DNA of 10,778 bases, taken from the NCBI GenBank assembly GCA_050014495.1, contig JBEKDF010000062.1, positions 1 to 10,778 on the forward strand, given 5' to 3'. The translations under genes were made by a program, and so were the position numbers. Shown piece after piece: positions 7,079 to 10,778 of this stretch; the first letter of the stretch is position 1, and every line of letters starts with the position of its first letter. The notes under the pieces were generated by a model. It had not been told where the DNA came from and did no database searches. It was given only the letters and a program-made list of their open reading frames with translations. The DNA is from Candidatus Bathyarchaeia archaeon (GTDB lineage: Archaea; Thermoproteota; Bathyarchaeia; TCS64).

Positions 7079-8695
7079 CTACACTGGCGGGATCTCTTTG
7101 AAGGCGAGGTCAATGTCGACCCCCTGTCTGGCTCTGATGAATCTTATTATCCAATACAGGACGAAGCCTACAGCTATCATGCCAAAGTTCAGGAATAGGG
7201 CGTAAGGTGTTGAGATGCCGAACTGCGGGTATGCTATGAAGATGTATGCGATGGCGACCACGAAAGCCGCCTCAATGACTCCGAATATGGTTATTATCGG
7301 GATTCCGATTATCTCGCGCTTAATCGGTGAAGCCTCGTAGATGTCCTTTCTCCTGTATGGTAGTAGGGCTGCCGTGATCCCTGGGAGGAACATGCAGCTG
7401 AACGCTGGTCCGATTATTGTGGAGAAGAGGAAGGTCCAGAAGGCATCTGGGAAGATGGCTACTATCACAAGGAAGGCTTCGCATATCAGGAATATTGCTA
7501 GGTTTGTATAGGTCGGTGTGTGGAACCTCGGGCTGACCTCCGAAAGCTTCCCTGGCATCAGTCTATCCATCGACCAGGCGAAGATGTTGCGGCTGATCTG
7601 GAGGTAGATGACTACCGTGTAGATCAGGGTGCCAGCGAGGGCCATTCCGAGTACGGCGAGTGCCGCTAACACTGGGTTCTGTGTGACGAGGCCAAAGAAC
7701 GCCGTTATCATCTCCAGCGCGTTGCTCCAGGGTAGTCCCTGAGGATTATACGTGGCGAGGTAGCTGACCGAGGCCAAGAAGTTGTATCCAATGGTCCTGA
7801 ATGCGTAGTAGAAGAGCAAGGCGAGGAAGAGTAGGTTGAATAGCCCGGCGCCGGCCATTGAGAATAGATTTCTCTTGACGGAGCCGGCCTCCTTCACCTC
7901 GCCGGCGATGTATGCTGAGTAGAATGTCCACCAAACCGCGTTGGTTGCTATGGCGAGTAGGGGCCAATCAAATGTGAGAGGAGGTGCGTTGTATCCTCCC
8001 TGATTCGCAGCATCTATGATAGATTGGTATGGGTTCGCTGCGGCTCCGAACTGACCTCCATAGCTATGCATGAAGGAGTTGAATATTCCTATGAATCCCT
8101 GATTTCCGACAAGGACCAGAGAAATGAGGGCTACTCCGATGCCGGCGATCATGATGAGCCAGATCGCATTGTTCGCGATCAGCATCCTCTTTGTGCCTGA
8201 TAGGGCGAGTAGTGTGAATACCACGTTTAGGAGTGAGCCGACGACGAAGGCGACTAACGGGGTCATCAGCGCCAACCCGATGTTGATTATGGCCTGGTTC
8301 CCCAGGAGGTACCCGATTATGTGAAATCCGGGACCTAAGCCGTAGAAGCTGATTAGGTAGAAGTTGAAGGCGAGGAAGAATGTCTGCCAGAAGACGAGGC
8401 TGAAGTTGAAGCCGAAACCTAGGGATGGGTGCAATACCCTGCTGTTGAACACGTAGTCCCCACCGGATCTTGGGAATGTGGAGACCAGCATCGCGTACAC
8501 TATCGCGATTGAGAAGGCGAGTAGAACTAGTGGGAGAGCCGAGAGGACATCCCCGCCGTTGGCGAAGGTTACAGCGAAGGCGTAGTTTCCGATTACGCTA
8601 GCGAAGGAGCTCGCGGATGAGTTGTAGATGAATGTGTCTAAGAGTGAGGCCTGACGGATTAGTCCCGAGGTCTTCCTGGAGAAGGCGCTGGACAT
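7079..8695 (-). CDS. APC-superfamily (amino acid/polyamine/organocation) permease
   Basis: 538 aa with about 12-14 hydrophobic segments. Motifs 'FSRKTSGLIR', 'FPRSGGDYVFNSRVL', 'AYIAGEVK', 'SRNIFAWSMDRLMP...HTP' and terminal 'FKEIPP'. Confidence 0.92.
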   Translation of the reverse strand: MSSAFSRKTSGLIRQASLLDTFIYNSSASSFASVIGNYAFAVTFANGGDVLSALPLVLLAFSIAIVYAMLVSTFPRSGGDYVFNSRVLHPSLGFGFNFSLVFWQTFFLAFNFYLISFYGLGPGFHIIGYLLGNQAIINIGLALMTPLVAFVVGSLLNVVFTLLALSGTKRMLIANNAIWLIMIAGIGVALISLVLVGNQGFIGIFNSFMHSYGGQFGAAANPYQSIIDAANQGGYNAPPLTFDWPLLAIATNAVWWTFYSAYIAGEVKEAGSVKRNLFSMAGAGLFNLLFLALLFYYAFRTIGYNFLASVSYLATYNPQGLPWSNALEMITAFFGLVTQNPVLAALAVLGMALAGTLIYTVVIYLQISRNIFAWSMDRLMPGKLSEVSPRFHTPTYTNLAIFLICEAFLVIVAIFPDAFWTFLFSTIIGPAFSCMFLPGITAALLPYRRKDIYEASPIKREIIGIPIITIFGVIEAAFVVAIAYIFIAYPQFGISTPYALFLNFGMIAVGFVLYWIIRFIRARQGVDIDLAFKEIPPV

Positions 8696-8719
8696 CGCCT
8701 TAATTCTTCAACCATGGTG

Positions 8720-8750
8720 GTTATAAGTAATTATATAAGTGACTTATAAC
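8720..8750. promoter_or_regulatory. Divergent promoter/operator with nested palindromes
   Basis: GTTATAAGT (8720-8728) and ACTTATAAC (8742-8750) form a perfect 9-bp inverted repeat. TATAAG-tga-CTTATA is at 8734-8748. TATA-like boxes for both directions overlap within the 66-nt gap. Confidence 0.7.
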
Positions 8751-8761
8751 TCGTTGAGGTT

Positions 8762-9712
8762 GTGGCTAGGACCCGACTCTTCTTCGCGACGGACATACAC
8801 GGTTCGGTGACATGCTTCCTAAAATTCCTGAATGCATCTAGGGTCTACAAAGCCGACGTTATGGTCTTAGCGGGCGACCTCAGTGGAAAACTCCTAATAC
8901 CAATCGTTGAGCGTGGAGACGACTCATACGAGTCAACGTTCATGGGGGTTCGCCATGTCGTATCAGAAGGGAAACGAACTGAACTTGAGGAGCGTATCCG
9001 TAGGGTGGGTTCCTATCCTCACATTATGAGTAAAAATGAGTACGATGAGCTTCTCAGGAAACCCGAAAGGGCTAACGCCCTCTTTGAGGGTCTGATAAGG
9101 GAGAGAATCGAGAAGTGGGTTACACTAGCGGATGATAGACTGAGGGGGGCCTCGGCGGAGTACTATGTCTCAGGCGGCAACGACGATTTCCCCTGGGTGG
9201 ATGAGCTATTGAAGAAATCCCGATCCTTCACCGACGGAGAGGGAGAAATAATCCGAATCAGGGGTCGGAATGAGATGATGACCTGTGGGTGGTCGAACCC
9301 CACACCATGGGGAACGCCAAGGGAAACGAGTGAAGATGACCTGACGAAGAGGATAACGGGCCTCACTTCGGAGGTCGAGTCGATGGATGGATGCATCTTC
9401 AACCTCCACGCCCCTCCTTACGACTCTGATTTAGATGTGTGTCAGAGGCTAAGCGAGGAACTGAAGCCAATCTTCGTTGGAGGACAACCCGACGTATTCA
9501 ACGCCGGTAGCGTAGCCGTCCGCAGGTGCATAGAGGAGCTCAAGCCGATGCTGGGGCTCCACGGTCACATACACGAGTCTAGAGGTGTGGCCATGATTGG
9601 GAGGACAACCTGCGTTAATCCGGGGAGTGAGTATGCGGAGACGATCCTGAGGGGTGCTATTCTCGACATCGAGAACAACCATGTCAAGAACCACATCCTC
9701 ACATCAGGCTGA
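8762..9712 (+). CDS. Calcineurin-like metallophosphoesterase (Icc-related)
   Basis: Five MPP motifs: TDIHG, AGDL, GGNDD, LHAPP, HGHIHE, then 'VNPGS'. GTG start is preceded by GAGGT. Confidence 0.92.
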   Translation: MARTRLFFATDIHGSVTCFLKFLNASRVYKADVMVLAGDLSGKLLIPIVERGDDSYESTFMGVRHVVSEGKRTELEERIRRVGSYPHIMSKNEYDELLRKPERANALFEGLIRERIEKWVTLADDRLRGASAEYYVSGGNDDFPWVDELLKKSRSFTDGEGEIIRIRGRNEMMTCGWSNPTPWGTPRETSEDDLTKRITGLTSEVESMDGCIFNLHAPPYDSDLDVCQRLSEELKPIFVGGQPDVFNAGSVAVRRCIEELKPMLGLHGHIHESRGVAMIGRTTCVNPGSEYAETILRGAILDIENNHVKNHILTSG

Positions 9713-9910
9713 CGCCCCACATAGTGAAGTTTGACTATCATCAAAATTCGAAAGAACGACACATAATTTCACAGCTTGTTACGACATAAGTTAGTCATGA
9801 AGATTAATCCCAATTGGTTTGTCCAATTGTGGCACTCAAGAAGGAGCCATCACGAGCGCACCACTCGTCGCCTCAAATAAGGGCCCTACCATGATATCAA
9901 AGAACCCGCA

Positions 9911-10021
9911 ATTATGGTACCATTCCATAATTCAAGTGAAGCTAATTCGCTCGCACCCATTAATTCGGTAGGTAATAAATAATGGTACCATTTCTCAAAA
10001 CAATATTATGGTACCATTCCA
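9911..10021. repeat. Three copies of palindrome ATGGTACCAT(T)
   Basis: ATTATGGTACCATTCCA occurs identically at 9911-9927 and 10005-10021. The perfect palindrome AATGGTACCATT is at 9981-9992. Confidence 0.85.
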
Positions 10022-10117
10022 CTTCGTATACTCACTATAGAGTCCATTAAATCAACTCCAAAAATGCAAGTGATGGTTTTCATGTAAACACCAATAAGAC
10101 GGATTGTGCAGAAGATC

Positions 10118-10778
10118 ATGGCATACCTCAGGGGCCTGTACACCTGCAGCCGCAAGGCTAAACGTATTACAGCAGAGCGCCCCCCCACCGGTGGTCTAAG
10201 CCACGACCGAGGTAGAGGCCATTGGTCCCCCAGAGAGGATGAAGTCTGGGGAACTCGCGCATGAGGAGGAGCCGAGTGTAATACAGGCGAAGAAGGTCGT
10301 CACCGAGAAGTTCACCGGCACACAGGCGCACGACACAAGCACGGTGCAGTTCCCAGATGGGGAATTGGGGAAACTCGTGCAGAAGCAGGATGGAGGTTAC
10401 ATGGTTCTCCCAGTCGAGGAGTCGTTCACGCCCATCGAGGCAGACGATGCGCGCGCGTAGAGCCACAGCAAAGCAGGCTAAGAGCACCACAAGAGCACCC
10501 GACCAAGCTAGCGCGCGTGGGTGGGGACCCTTGAAGGTGAGGGACCTTCCCCCACCGAGGAATCCCCCACCATGGTTGATTCCTCCACCACTTCCCCCAC
10601 CACAGAGGAGGAGTCCATGGAGGCTAATCCTGAGGATGTAGTGGATGGTACACCCCTACAGCCCCCTACTGTGGAAGGTGTACTCAAAGTGGTGGTGGGT
10701 GGTGGTACAGGTGGTGGTCAAGTGGTGGTAGGTGGTGGCAACTCAGGTGGTGGTACAGGTGGTGGTACAGGTGGTGGA
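10118..10778 (+). pseudogene. Frame-broken acidic/Pro/Thr/Gly-rich protein gene, 3' truncated by window
   Basis: Same-frame acidic blocks 10200-10457 (ATTEVEAIGPPERMKSGELAHEEE...) and 10512-10778 (...GTLEGEGPSPTEESPTMVDSSTTSPTTEEESMEANPEDVVDG...GGGTGGG) are separated by stops at 10458, 10479 and 10509. A bridging segment VEPQQSRLRAPQEHPTKLARV lies in another frame. Confidence 0.4.
10698..10778 (+). repeat. GGT-rich tandem repeat (GGTGGTGGTACA units, Gly-Gly-Gly-Thr)
   Basis: 12-mer at 10698-10709, 10746-10757 and 10758-10769 with degenerate copies between. Runs off the window end. Confidence 0.8.

Noticed and set aside
806..9762. Numerous antisense or overlapping ORFs in the track (e.g. 806-1021, 1462-1701, 1605-1790, 1728-2078, 2544-2783, 3055-3321, 4241-4531, 5555-5824, 6119-6433, 8124-8324, 9163-9402, 9449-9694)
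   Set aside because: They are shadows of better-supported genes on the opposite strand or another frame, with no motifs of their own.
9911..10021. Possible mini-CRISPR array
   Set aside because: Repeats are only 12-17 nt with irregular spacing (about 69 and 26 nt), and there are no cas genes.
10458..10511. Pyrrolysine or stop-codon readthrough of in-frame TAGs
   Set aside because: An in-frame TAA (10479-10481) lies between the two TAGs, and frameshifts explain the break better.
10509..10778. Minus-strand Pro-rich reading (PPPVPPPVPPPELPPPTTT)
   Set aside because: Interrupted by a TGA stop within the repeat, whereas the plus-strand Gly-rich frame is open and continuous with upstream acidic sequence.

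Overview
Archaeal-type window: GGTGA/GAGGT ribosome-binding sites, TATA-like boxes, frequent TTG/GTG starts and a ThiN-domain gene. Bathyarchaeia-like origin is an inference. The left half (1-5200) is a patchwork of small redox/sulfur/stress genes: a partial cupin, a class II SOR-like protein, a PNPOx-fold protein, a 33-aa C2H2 zinc-finger ORF missing from the ORF track, DsrE + TusA, a hypothetical protein, a frameshifted cupin, an HhH + DEDD exonuclease and a DinB-family protein. Several spacers carry a recurring 'ACGCGCGC(G)ATCCTAG'-like element. The right half holds the best candidate for an undescribed system: an APC permease - nucleotidyltransferase-fold - HTH/Cys-rich/ThiN (ThiR-like) operon divergent from a metallophosphoesterase. 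The same palindrome TATAAG-N3-CTTATA sits both in the divergent promoter and directly upstream of the regulator. The window ends with three ATGGTACCAT palindromes and a frame-broken acidic/Gly-rich ORF. No rRNA, tRNA, CRISPR array or transposase was recognised.
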